Positions 26,608-39,899 of a DNA stretch of 64,000 bases are shown here, piece after piece. Position numbers and translations under genes: made by a program. The first letter of the stretch is position 1. The number at the start of each line of letters is the position of its first letter. The notes below the pieces were generated by a model that made no database searches, was not told where the DNA came from, and worked only from the letters and a program-made list of their open reading frames with translations. This DNA is from Eledone cirrhosa (Eukaryota), in contig OZ024743.1 of assembly GCA_964016885.1 (NCBI GenBank), forward strand, positions 77,190,001 through 77,254,000, given 5' to 3'.

Positions 26608-27450
26608 TGATAGCTGTTATATTAAAACAAACATGTAGCTTTACTGTAATGACAACAATAGCTGTTATATTAAAACAAACATGTAGCTTTACTGTAATGG
26701 CAATAGCTGTTATATTAAAACAAACATGTAGCTTTACTGTAATGGCAACAATAGCTGTTATATTAAAACAAACATGTAGGTGATGTGTTGTTTCCTTGAG
26801 CAAGACACTTTATTTCACATTGCTCCAGTTTACTCAGCTGTAGAAATGAGATGATAGGGACTGGGGTCCATATCATTCCACAGCAAAGTGGTCGTGGAGG
26901 TGCCACAGCAAAAAAAAAAAGCACCCAGCACTCACTGTAAATGAGGTTGGTGTTAGGAAGGGCATCCAGCTGTAGAAATCAAGCCAGAATCGGTTCCCGT
27001 CCCACCCTTGCAAGCAGGGAAAAAGCGGACGTAAAATGAAATGATGTAGCTTTACTGTAATGACAATAGCTGTTATATTAAAACAAACATGTAGCTTTAC
27101 TGTAATGACAGTAGCTGTTATATTAAAACAAACATGTAGCTTTACTGTAACTGTAATGACAATAGCTGTTATATTAAAACAAACATGTAGCTTTACTGTA
27201 ATGACAGTAGCTGTTATATTAAAACAAACATGTAGCTTTACTGTAACTGTAATGACAATAGCTGTTATATTAAAACAAACATGTAGCTTTACTGTAATGA
27301 CAGTAGCTGTTATATTAAAACAAACATGTAGCTTTACTGTAACTGTAATGACAATAGCTGTTATATTAAAACAAACATGTAGCTTTACTGTAATGACAGT
27401 AGCTGTTATATTAAAACAAATATGTAGCTTTACTGTAATGGCAATAGCTA
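26608..27450. repeat. Minisatellite of about 45-51 bp interrupted by a SINE (26780-27045)
   Basis: Repeated tagctgttatattaaaacaaacatgtagctttactgtaatgac. Confidence 0.93.
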
Positions 27451-30400
27451 ATTTATGTGTGATATTGCAAGTACAATAAACTCATGTATTCACTGGATTA
27501 TAGTTAATCTACAACAGGACTGATGTTATTTAAACTGACAGCAGCCTGTTTTATGTATAAAACTGGTTTTATTAAAATATATTTTCTTTTAAAATAAATA
27601 TTCTACACACTTCAATAGATTTACTGTTGTAAATAATAAGCTTAGTTGTTAATCAGATGAAATGATTTAAACATTGAATCAGTATGTCATGAAAAATACT
27701 TTAAATTATTTTACTCAAATTAATAAGATTATATTTCGAGTTGTGTATAATTTCTAAATATTTTGGCAAACTGATTTATGTCTGATTTATTAAAAGTATT
27801 TTAAATATTTAAAAATATAAGGGTGGTGGGTTGGCAGTATCGGTAGAGTGTTGGACAACATGCTTTGTGGCATATAGTTACAGACTTTTACGTTCTGATT
27901 TCAAATCCACCTGAGGTTAACTTTGCTTTCATCCTTACAGGGTCGATAAAATAAAGCACCAGTAATGTACTGGGGTCGATTTAATCGACTTTCCCCTCCC
28001 CCCAAATTGCTGGTTTTGTGCCTAAATCAGAAATTGTTTTGCTTTGAATAGTTTATCACCCAGATTAAGCAATTGACAGGAGAAAACATTTTGGAAAAGA
28101 TAAACTTTACTACCAAATTTTGAAAAATAGATTTTTCAAAAACAATATTGTATATTAAAGTATGACATCATTATTTCTACCATATAAAACTGACTTAACT
28201 TAATTATTATATAAGTAATTGATATATAAATTAGTTATAAGTTAAGGAAATGGAGAGACAGAAAGTATAGTGCCAAACTTAATTCTTTGCTTTTAGTTAA
28301 ATTCTGCAATATACGACTTTACCTTTTATCATTTTGGGGTTGATAAAACCAGTTAAGGTCAGTTGAATCAACTACATTCCTAACCATAGTGTACAGCTTT
28401 ATCCTAAAGTTAGAAATCAATGAGGATTGAAATAGAAAAATCTTATTTTAACACTTTAGCATTCACATTACTCTATATATACTATTGTATTTTCACAGTA
28501 AAGGCTTTATCCCACAATATCGAATCTATGAGATTTTGATGTTATTTATTTTTAGAACAATACCTTAACATTAGTATGAGTGGCAAGTTACAACCGGTTT
28601 GAACAGAAAGAGGTGATAGAATTCTGGTCGGATATGGCTGGTTTATATGCTACAGGGTTAAGTAGGCAATCAATTAGCTCACGTCTGTCATCATTTCTGA
28701 TCAAACTAGAAAATAACAACTAGATACTTTAATGACTTATAAATTTCATTGTTAAATATCCATTTTAATATATTCTTTACCAAAGCATTTAAGCTGAGCT
28801 CTTTTTTACCAATACATAAACAATTGTTCTTCTAGGTGTTGGATATTTAAAGAATCATTTAGGAAATGTATTTAGGAAAACTGAGATCTTTAGAAACAGA
28901 CTTCTTTGAATGGTAGATTATGGGTATTACATCCTCGAGATAAAACTATTTGAAAATATTTAACTCTTTTGTTACCAACCCAGCCAAAACCAATGAAATA
29001 AAATCACCCATTTTAAAGGTTTCCAATTTAAATTAAAATCTTCCACCATAATTTTAGATAAGAAACTTACATTAAGTTACTTAGTAATGAAATCATCATC
29101 ATCATCATTGATTAACGTCCATCTTCCACGATAGCGTGAGTTAGATGGGTCCTATTTAGAGGCAAGTTGGGTCAGGTGACCGTGTCTCACTCCTATAGGG
29201 GTGTTTCTGGCTGGTTTTCTACTGTTGGATGCCATTCCTAACTCCAACCACATCGACAGTGAGGGCTGGATGCTTTCTGTGGTGTCTTTTACACATCCAC
29301 TTTACAGTGTGGGCTGAGTGCTAATTTTAGTAAATCCCTCAAAATTCTTCATTAATTAATTAAAATAAAAAGTGTATTTCATTAGAAATGTGACCATGAA
29401 AGGGTTAAGTTAGTTGATCAGGTTTATCAATTCATGTGGAGAATTTAGCTTCTGTAATTGCTGAAATAGGAAATATATTTAATTATAATAAATGAGCTTT
29501 TGGTTGTTTATTGAAAATATATTTTGCTTCAGTTGAGTCTAAATCTAGGAAAATGATAGTATAAATATTCAGTTCTATCCATTATATTTTAATATTTATG
29601 AATTATTAATTCAAATAATTAATATTTAGATTATTTAATCTTCTATATTAATTGAAAATAAATAGGTTTTATTAAATTAGGGTCAAATAAAATGTCAGTT
29701 CTTGTAGTCTAATCATTGTTATTTTAGATGATTTGTCAAACCTATTTTAAATAAAGCTTTATTGAAAATGAAATCGTTAACAATTACAGAGTATCATTAT
29801 ACAAATAGTTCAGTAAGTAACAGATGTTACAGCTATTGTTTCATGTAGTAGATACAGTGTATGGTTAGCAGTACAGGTAAAATAACAGGTAAATAAATCA
29901 ATACTTAATCTAAACCATTAAGAACAACATATATCTGAGTGGTCTGAGAGGGCTGATAAGCATTGCAATTCAATTATTATTAAACTAATTGTAAAAAAGG
30001 TAACTAAATTAAAAAAAGATACGTTTAAAATAAGTTGTTGTTGAATATTTGTTTATTTAAAAATCAATCCACTTGTGCCTTGGCTGTATGAACATATTAG
30101 CCAACTTTTGAAATGGCACGTATGTTTTCTTTTTCCAGGATTGCCAGGTCATCCAGGTGATGGGTATATCCCATGCAACAGGCATGCTGGACGATGGGCA
30201 AAGACTGTGTCTTCAAATGGCATGTCACACACATTGTTGTCTGTAGAAGCCTTACTCTCTGCACTCTATTATTAGCATCCCTGCATTAGAAGATAATCAT
30301 TTCTGGTGTATTTTAGAAACACATTTCCTCTTACACTGTTTATCCATTTAGATTATTACTGTGAATATTAAATATTTTCTTCCTCATAGCTTCCAAAATG

Positions 30401-30516
30401 TTTCACTACCATCGAAGTACACTCTATACATTCACTATCACCTTTTTCAATTATTTTAAAGTAATGTTTTCAAGAATCCTATAAGATTATTGGCAGTCTT
30501 AGTAATCTCTAGATTT

Positions 30517-30993
30517 ATTTTCAGTATACTAGCTAAATCAACTAATATTGAAATGAAGACTAAGATAACGTTATTAATATTTTCAGTATACTAGCTAAAT
30601 CAACTAATATTGAAATGAAGACTAAGATAACATTATTAATATTTTCAGTATACTAGCTAAATCAACTAATATTGAAATGAAGACTAAGATAACATTATTA
30701 ATATTTTCAGTATACTAGCTAAGTCAACTAATATTGAAATGAAGACTAAGATAACGTTATTAATATTTTCAGTATACTAGCTAAATCAACTAATATTGAA
30801 ATGAAGACTTAAGATAACATTATTAATATTTTCAGTATACTAGCTAAATCAACTAATATTGAAATGAAGACTAAGATAACATTATTAATATTTTCAGTAT
30901 ACTAGCTAAATCAACTAATATTGAAATGAAGACTAAGATAACATTATTAATATTTTCAGTATACTAGCTAAGTCAACTAATATTGAAATGAAG
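30517..30993. repeat. 62-bp tandem repeat, about 7.5 copies
   Basis: Unit tcagtatactagctaaatcaactaatattgaaatgaagactaagataacattattaatattt. Confidence 0.95.
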
Positions 30994-32383
30994 AAAGAGT
31001 AAGACAATGTTACTAATATTTAAATTCAAAACAATGAGACTTTAATATATAAGTTAATTCTTAAATCTAATGCTCAAACAATGGGCTCCCCTGACCTTGA
31101 TATCTAATTTCTAGTAAACTCCTCCCCCCTCCCCAGTAAAGTGTCCTTTTGAAAGATGAAACCAGGGGAACTTTATGCAAAGTGTTTTGCATTCTATTGA
31201 ATAGTGAAATATTTCTGGTTAGTATTTTGTTGCAGAGGGGATTATAGAGTTAATGTTTTTCATGAAGAACAATTATTTTTAATTATTTTCACTGAGATGT
31301 TAAAATATTATGACTAATATCCATGTGAAATATTTAAAGGATTTTTATAGATAAAATATACTGATACAATTGGTGTATAAATTTCATCTTATTTCTATCT
31401 CAATTCAAAAGAATATCTCAATTCAAAAGAATTTCTCAATTCAAAAGAATTTTTTCTTAGTTTATAATTTCACATTATTTGGTCCTGAAAATTTTGTGTG
31501 TAAGAACCATTTAACTCTGGTTCATGAATAATCAATTTTAAGAAAGCAATTTATTTTTAGTAAGTAGTGCACATCTTACTGTTGTGCTATTCAGCAATAT
31601 TTCGGTGATTAAATATCCAGCATAGAATAGATGGTTAATTATGTTATTTAGGTGAACTAAAATATGAAAACTATTCTATAGATGGTTAATAGAACCTCAA
31701 AAGATGGGAGAAATATGGAAAAGATTAAATTAGAGCTATATTAATAATAAAAATCCCCAAATGGTATTCATGTGTAGACTTGGTAAACTAGATACAATTT
31801 TTTTTTCTTCTGAATAGTGTATTATGAGATGAGTAAAGTAGAAAATAGCTGCTGATTGTTCCCAATGATATATATAAGTAGCTAAGAGAAGATAAAGTAG
31901 ATGATTAGTACTGAAGAAAAACCTAGCTTAGTAGTACTAATAAAAAACAAAAAAGGAGAAAAAAAAGGAAATTTTGATGCAGCAAAATATGTAGATGTGA
32001 GTTAAATGTAAAGAGAACACTTCATGCGGGATAATCCATTTAATATAATGAAATCATTTAGATTGATGGAGAAAAGTCCTGGTAATATCATGATTGGAAT
32101 ATCGATTATTGTTTGTTTGTTTGTTGTTGTTTTAAGAGCTGTGCATGCTTAACCTATAGAAGCAAGAGAAGATAGTTTAATGCTGATGCAATTGGTGTGT
32201 AAATGTAGTCACCTATCACTGTTCACTGATAGAACTTTTATATTAATAAAGCCAGTTATATATTTCTGGTGCAGTAACTTATAACATGTTAGATCATTAA
32301 ATCTTATTCAAATATATTTTAATATTTCTCTTTTCACTTTTATTTCGTTTTATTTTACTTTTGTTAGTTCAAAAACTCAGTTT

Positions 32384-32420
<37 letters not shown>

Positions 32421-32426
32421 GACACA

Positions 32427-32524
32427 CAGGGGTACCCCAAAAATGTATACACACTTCAACAGAATTCTAATAAATATTGCCTGTACAGATAATCAAAGTG
32501 TGTATACATTTTTGGGACACCCTG
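32427..32524. mobile_element. Tc1/mariner-type MITE of about 98 bp
   Basis: TIRs caggggtaccccaaaaatgtatacacactt / aagtgtgtatacatttttgggacaccctg, followed by TA, within a microsatellite. Confidence 0.75.
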
Positions 32525-32526
32525 TA

Positions 32527-32575
<49 letters not shown>

Positions 32576-34685
32576 GCTATGTGTGTATATTAAAAGGTGG
32601 AATAAGTCAAACTAAGTAGGGTCCTCCCTTCATCTGGTTGCAGTATTGTGATACTTAATTCATCCTTAATGCCATAAAAATCTTACTTAGTTGAAAAACT
32701 AATTAAAATGGAAGTCTTTTTTCAAATTATATCTTTTTTTAAACTATTAGAATATTCTTGTCTACAGAAATGTTCTAACCAAATACATTTACTTAATTTC
32801 TCTAGTGATATATATAATAATAATTACCACGACCACCATGTAGGGTAGAGAGGGCTGTTCAGTTGAGATACTGACTGACAAGATATCTAGTGCTGGTGCC
32901 ACAAACATTACACCCAGTACTCTCTGTCAGAGCATCCAGCCATAAAAAAACTTATCTAACAAAGGAGGACTCTTGAGGTGTGTCAAAGACCTGACAATCA
33001 CCCTACTGTTGATCTATACAATAAACATGCCCAGTACATCCTGTAAAGGGGTTGGTGATAGGAAGGGCATCCAGCAATAGAAAACCTGACAAACAAAGTG
33101 TTGGTAGAACCTTTCAGCTGTTTCAAAGACATTACAACTTCCCACTGATAAAATGCACTTGGTAGAGTAAGGGAGATGCAAGCCCCTGGCCATCTGAGAA
33201 GCCAGTACTCCTGCTTGAGTACTGACTTGGTCTGTGAAGACCCAGCCAATCCCTGCTATCAGAGAAAATGAATGTTAAATGATGTTGATAATAATTCTGT
33301 TTCCAAGCAGAATCTAAGCACTTAATCTATTCTCTATATTACTTTGGGCTTATTAGTTATTATTTTCAGTAATTGGTGTGTTAGGGTAAGACATATATTT
33401 TAGCTAAATCAGTTTTGGTATATCTGTCTTCTCTCAAGTAGCAGAAACATTGTTTTTAATGATTTAAAATACTCCATTTTATGTATCATTTCATAATAGC
33501 AACTGGTTTTAAACAGTATTTTTAAACCATACATCATGACACTATATCTGATAAATATTGGATATATGTTAAGAATATTGATTATTTTCTGAAGTAAGAT
33601 TGACTAGAATCAATCTGTCACATGATAAATACAATCATATTATTATTATTGGATTGGCAAGGGCGGTGGATTTGCAGTATCGGTAGAGGGTCTGACGTCG
33701 TGCTTTGATGCATAGATTTACGGCCCTTTCCATTCTGAGTTCAAATCCTGCTGAGGTTAACTGTCTTTCATTCTTACGGGGTCGATAAAATAAAGTACCA
33801 GTAATGCACTAGGTAATTGCTGGCCTTGTGCCAAAAGTAGAAACGATTATTATTGTGGATTGGCAGTATCGGTAGAGGGTCGGACACCATGCTTTGATGC
33901 ATAGAGTTACACCCCTTGCCATTCTGATTTCAAATCCCGTTGAGGTTAACTTACGGGGTCGATAAAATAAAGTACCAGTAATGCACTGGGTAATTGCTGG
34001 TCTTGTGCCAAAAGTAGAAACAATTATTATTATTATTATAGATTTAGAGTTGACTGCCTTTAATGTTTCTGGCAATGTTGCAGTGTTTTGATGGCCTTGT
34101 TCATGCCAGTCACCAATTTGGTATTTTTCTCAGAAGACTCATGATGACTCAGCTGTTTTAGAGGCGGCCTTTATTTGCCTCACCATAGCTGCATTACTTG
34201 GTTGTGGGGGTTTCCTTGGGAGTTAACAGTGTCATCCATTGTTCCATGGATAGGATTGGCAGGTACAACCGGTTTGGAAGTGGTATCAAGACTGGCGAAT
34301 GAAGGATCAGTCAGTTGGAATTTGCAGATTGCATGAGATTACTTGTCAGAAGGTGGTCTCTGACATACACTTGATAGATTTGGAATAGTTATGATTGATA
34401 AGAAAGCTAGTTGATTCTTAAGAAACTTTTTAATGCAATTTAAACATTTTGGGGATTATCTCTACAAATAGGAAATTAACCCTGTCCCCACCACTGATAA
34501 CAAAAATGAAGAAAAGACCCAAGTTGTATATTGTTGCTCTTCTCACTTCCATCAACACTTGGCATCTATATTTTATATTGTTATCATACTGTACCGATTG
34601 TGTTGTTATTTCTGTTTATCTTTTACATACATATATATATATCAATAATATTGATAAATTGGAAATATCTTTATAAAACCATATT

Positions 34686-34746
34686 TATTTTATTATATGT
34701 ATTTCAAGGGTACTAATATTTTAGTACGCTTTCGTCAGATAAAATA
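34686..34746 (-). ncRNA. Type I hammerhead ribozyme fold within a palindromic Penelope-like remnant (34640-34862)
   Basis: The minus strand reads tattttat-CTGACGA-aagcgtactaa(aata)ttagtaccctt-GAAA-tacata-TA-ataaaata. Stem I is 8 bp, stem II is 10 of 11 bp, and the core is intact. Confidence 0.72.
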
Positions 34747-35150
34747 CAATAATTGGTGTAAAGATAGTGACATATATTCATGTGAACTTCATGTTATAAA
34801 TACGTATAATAAAATAAATATGGTTTTATAAAGATATTTTCCATTTATTAATATTATTGATATTATTGATACTCCGGATAAAAATACGTTGAGTGCTTCT
34901 AATCTGTTGTAAATTAACTTTGTTGAATAATCAACAAACCAAATAACTCATTGTTTATATATATATATATATATATATTAGAAAGTGAGGTTTTTTTTTA
35001 CAAAATGAAAAATAACCGGTGTTCTACACGAGTGAAAGTATAAAAAAAAAGATGAAATCGAAAATGCAACAGGAGTCTTATTTTTTTTTTAAATATATAT
35101 ATTTATTTGGTTCCTTTACTGGTTTCGCACTTCTTCTGCTTTTCAACTCA

Positions 35151-35188
35151 CCTTTTGAAAAGCAGAAGAACTGCGAAACTGGTAAAGG
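35151..35188 (+). ncRNA. Minimal hammerhead fold with U3-A8 core, in the right arm of palindrome 35040-35264
   Basis: cctt-TTGAAAA-gcag(aagaa)ctgc-GAAA-ctgg-TA-aagg. Confidence 0.55.
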
Positions 35189-35620
35189 AACCAAATAAAT
35201 ATATATATTTTTAAAAAAAATAAGACTCCTGTTGCATTTTCGATTTCATCTCTTTTTCTTTATATATATATATATATTACATTACCTTTGTAATAATCAT
35301 TTCACTAAATTTATCTGGAATTTTGTCATTAAGTGGTTAAAATAATGTATATCGTACCCATGAAATGTATGGTTTTTATTTATTTTTTTGCCTCAAATTT
35401 CATATTTCATCTATGAACAATATATAATATTCAACTAGGTTTAACCTATTTAACTGAAGATGCGTTTGTTATATTTTAACATTTGACATTGGGAGAGAAA
35501 TTCAACTCCTGATCTTTTCTGTTATCCAAATTTATAAATTCAGGAAACACATAGCAACACGAAACTCAGTTATAAAAGTTATTGTAACTTATATTTATTC
35601 TCTCTAGTTCACAAACTTTT

Positions 35621-35900
35621 TCTCCTGATATATAAACATATCTCTAATAAATGGACAGGTTGTCTCTCCTGATATATAAACATGTCTCTAATAAGTGAAC
35701 ATGTCTTTCCTGATATATAAACATGTCTCTAATTAGTGAACAGGTTGTCACTCCTGATCTATAAACATGTCTCTAATATATAAACATGTCTCTAATAAGT
35801 GAACAGGTTGTCTCTCCTAATATATGAACATGTCTCTAATAAGTGAACAGGTTGTCTCTCCTGATATATGAACGTGTCTCTAATAAGTGAACAGGTTGTT
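35621..35900. repeat. Minisatellite of about 41 bp just upstream of the exon at 36060
   Basis: Repeated tctcctgatatataaacatgtctctaataagtgaacaggttg. Confidence 0.9.
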
Positions 35901-36059
35901 TTCTTTTAGGTCTGATTATATATTTGATGTATTATGAAAATTTAATAAGTATTGAAATTTTTTCTTGAAAAGGTTAACATTTAAATATATATATATATCT
36001 TTTTGATAAGTTTTCTCTGTTCCTATTGCTGGGAATAAAAACTGTTTGTTCAATTTCAG

Positions 36060-36136
36060 GTGTGTTATTGACAGCTGTCTGCCTAATCACAGAAATGTGT
36101 GAAAAGAGTCCAGACACACTGCTTCATTTTAGAAAG
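36060..36136 (+). CDS. AP1G1: AP1G1 exon (G)VLLTAVCLITEMCEKSPDTLLHFRK
   Basis: Acceptor caatttcag, donor AAG|gtaagt, 77 nt, phase 1 to phase 0. Confidence 0.97.
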
Positions 36137-36594
36137 GTAAGTGTTGATATATTAACACTCCCCCCATCCCCCTCATAGTTTTCAGGTAAGTCTTAAACAT
36201 ATCCAATTATTCTATAGCCTATACTTTTTGTTTTAGAAAAAAATGTTATAAATATATATATATATAAATGTTACTTTTATATATATATATATATATATAT
36301 AAGCACCATTGCCAATATATTTGTGATTTATATTTGGCTTAACAGATATTTTTTGCTTGTTTACATAGATGCAAGTCTCAAATATTCAAAAGTGATTTAT
36401 CTGTTCAACAGTATTGAAATTACAGTAATATAATTGTTTTGTGTTTAAAGATTTTCAAACCTAAGAATTGGATCTCAAATGAAATTAGTTTCCCCATTTT
36501 ATTGTGTGTATACAGTCGAAATACCATTAATGATAGAACAAAAATAATTTTCATTCATAAGAATGTGATAAATGAAATGTTTGTTTTTTTACAG

Positions 36595-36606
36595 AAATTT
36601 GTTAAT
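36595..36606 (+). CDS. AP1G1: Candidate 12-nt microexon AAATTTGTTAAT (KFVN)
   Basis: Acceptor tgtttgtttttttacag, donor AAT|gtatgt. Multiple of 3 with no stop, in a phase-0 intron. Confidence 0.3.
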
Positions 36607-38571
36607 GTATGTGTACATGTTTTCTAATGTAATTTGATATAGTCCATTTGTTGTAGTGTTTATCTATTTGATGGTACTGTTCTGTTTGCAATGTTATTAA
36701 CCTGTTGCTTATAATTAGTTAATATACTAATAATGATCAAGTAGAAAAAAAGAAAAGTAAATAACAGAAGCTATCTAAAAGTTTTTTTCTGTTAGTAATT
36801 TTTACAGTTACGAAGCCAAACCTTATTTGTACAGAAAGATAGTTTACCCAAACATGTGATTGTTTACCATACAAAATGTCCCCAGAAACAACATACCTAG
36901 AAACCTCAAGTAATTTGGAAGCTAGTAAATGTTATATTAAAACATAAAGATGTTTTTCCTCTCATTTAATTACAATTTCTCTAAAATATTTCTAATTGAA
37001 ATATGCCAAATACCTTACAATATATTCTCAGCTAACCATTTCTATGTGTATTACATTACATAAGTGATCTTCTGTAGTAATAACTTTTGGCATTTATGTT
37101 TAGGAAATATTATGACATGATTTTCTGTGATAAACATGTACTGGGACATAAATCTATATTGTATGGTTGCAAACATGTAAGTTAGATTTTAAGAGATGAA
37201 TAGTATGAAGAAGTTAGTGTTTATTGGTGGTACAGCAACACTGATTCAAAATATCCATATAGATTTGCTGTTAGATACTCACAGATGCATTCATAATAAG
37301 CATTGATTATATAAATATGTTGGACATTTCGTCTATAGATTAACAATTGTAACCTATTCTCATCTAGTTTGTTGTAGAATTGCTCACATATGCTATTTTA
37401 AAGTCACTCTACAGAAATTTAATATACCTACATTGATATTTATTAGTTTATTATCTTCAAATTTATTTATTTAAAAAATTAATCTTCTTTCTAAGCTTGC
37501 CTAAATTTCTCTTTGTAAATTTTAAAACTTTCTTCTTGTGTGTGTCATAATTTGTTTTTTTACCATATCTAACTGCATGTCTTTGCATTGGTTATAACTT
37601 GAAATATTTATTAGCAAGCTTGTTAATGACATTTTCTAAATAAGCTAATCATTTTTTTTTCTGTATGAATATCATATAGAAACAAGATTAAAAGTTCCAA
37701 TATTAGCATTAATTTATTACACTTTTGTCATCCTCACCTTTAAAAAGAAATGTAACAGTAGGATTTAAATTGTTTTATGTATAAACAAATCCATAACTAA
37801 CTGCTGTAATTGATAAAACTTCACCTGTGTTGACAGTCTATTAGTCATCTGATTAAATATAGACACTAGTCTTACTATAAGTTGAATTGATTTCACTGTC
37901 ATTTTAAAGTAGAAGCTATCAGTTAGGAGGTTTAACTTAATGTCATTTTTAAATAGAGCTATCAGGAGGTTTAACTCTTTCCATCTTTATTGCCCATTCC
38001 TGTCATTGCATGTTACAATACAACAATACATATTTTTATAAACTGAAATAATGATTTCATATTGAAATCATGTTGGTTGATAATGTCCGTTACAGAAACA
38101 TCTTTAGCTACTGTTACTAAATATTCTCAAGATATTGAAATATAATTTGACTTTAACACAATTTCAATAAATGAATAATTTTTTTTATTCTTTCCAAAAT
38201 TTCATTTAAATGTATCTTTGTTTTCTTGGAAATTTATGAAGTACATTACATATCTCTCTATCACAGCAGGAAATTTGGGGACCATTCTTAATATTTTATT
38301 CTAATTAAATTTTATATTTTAATGATCAGTTTTTCTTTGTGTCCTTTCTTTAAAAGATCAAATAGTATAACTATTGTGATAGCTAAAAACATTTGTTCAA
38401 CTAGGTGCAACCATGGCTGTGTGATACGATGTTCACAAACATGTGGTTCTAGGTTTGACCTCATTGCTCAGCACTTTCAGCAAGTGTCTTCGATCATAGT
38501 CTTAAGTTGGGATTGTAATTACATAGACAGAAACTGTGTGGAAGTCTCATACATATACACACACACACACA

Positions 38572-38625
<54 letters not shown>

Positions 38626-38842
38626 AAAAAAGCAAAGTTGGCCTCAGAAGAATTTGAACAATAAATTATAAATAGAATACCAGTTAAGTACTAGGGTTGA
38701 TTTAATCAAATTTCTGATCTTGTAACTAGGGTGATGGATTGATACAATTGTTAAATCATTGAACAAAATACTTTGTAGCATTAACTTAAGGCTCTTTACA
38801 TGAGTACAAATCCCGGTGAGGTCAGTTTTGCCTTTTATCCTT

Positions 38843-39117
38843 CTGAGGTTGATAAAACCTAGTTTTAGTTGACTTAGTAAGGTTGATAAAACTAAGTACT
38901 AGTTGACTACTGAGGTTGATAAAACCAAGTACTAGTTGACTACTGAGGTTGATAAAACCAAGTACTAGTTGACTACTGAGGTTGATAAAACCAAGTACTA
39001 GTTGACTACTGAGGTTGATAAAACCAAGTACTAGTTGACTACTGAGGTTGATAAAACTAAATACTAGTTGACTACTGAGGTTGATAAAACTGAGTGTTAG
39101 TTGACTAGTGAGGTTGA
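38843..39117. repeat. 33-bp tandem repeat, about 8 copies, amplified from within a SINE
   Basis: Unit ctgaggttgataaaaccaagtactagttgacta, following SINE head sequence. Confidence 0.9.
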
Positions 39118-39899
39118 TTTCATCCACTTTCTCCTATCCTGCTTCCAAATTTCTGAACTAGTGCCTAAATTAGGGACCTTTGTTATTATTTCTTAGTCTG
39201 ATAAAATAGTGTTATATTGCAATCACAATCTCTGCTCCAAAACAAATATTTGGAATTAACAAAAATGATATCTTTCAAATATCTTGGTATTAAGATCCTT
39301 CCTTTTCTTTCCAAACCAGATCATGATACTTAAACATAAAAACAAAACAATTCAATGTTAATATAATTTCAATTGTATTTTGAAAAAAATCTCCTCTATT
39401 TGATGTGGCAAATCAAAATCTTAAGTTAGCTATTGATATCAGATATTCATTTCAACATACAACTGCAATAAAAACATGGTCTCTTAATTACAAATAGAAT
39501 GAAAATAATTTTATGGCTACAAAAGTCCTTTAATTACATTTCAATTGTTTATTGACTAAATATTGTTAACTCAGCTCTTATGCAGTTTACTTCAAATCTA
39601 TTAACTTGTTTAGAATTTCACTAAGATATTTACAGGGTTTTCTATTTTTTTAAATTTTTATTTTCTGTGTATTTTTAAGTTGCTTAAATTTTGGCTTTCA
39701 TTTATCTTAAAATTCACATTCAGCTGGACTGTCAACAAATCCTGTTTAGTATTCACCAAATAAATTTCTTTGTATGGGGAAGAGGGTCTTTACATTAAAT
39801 TGTATTATTTAATCTATTTAAATATAAAGTGGTTTTATTTAACCTATTTCATATTGACTTAACTGATTTTATGTTTGACATCTTTTATGTATTCTGCAG

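Noticed and set aside
34050-34385. GC-richer patches that may be old LINE 3' fragments (also 51660-51885 and 59095-59280)
   Set aside because: Too decayed to assign by eye; only a weak LDILLTKIPDEP hint at about 59120.
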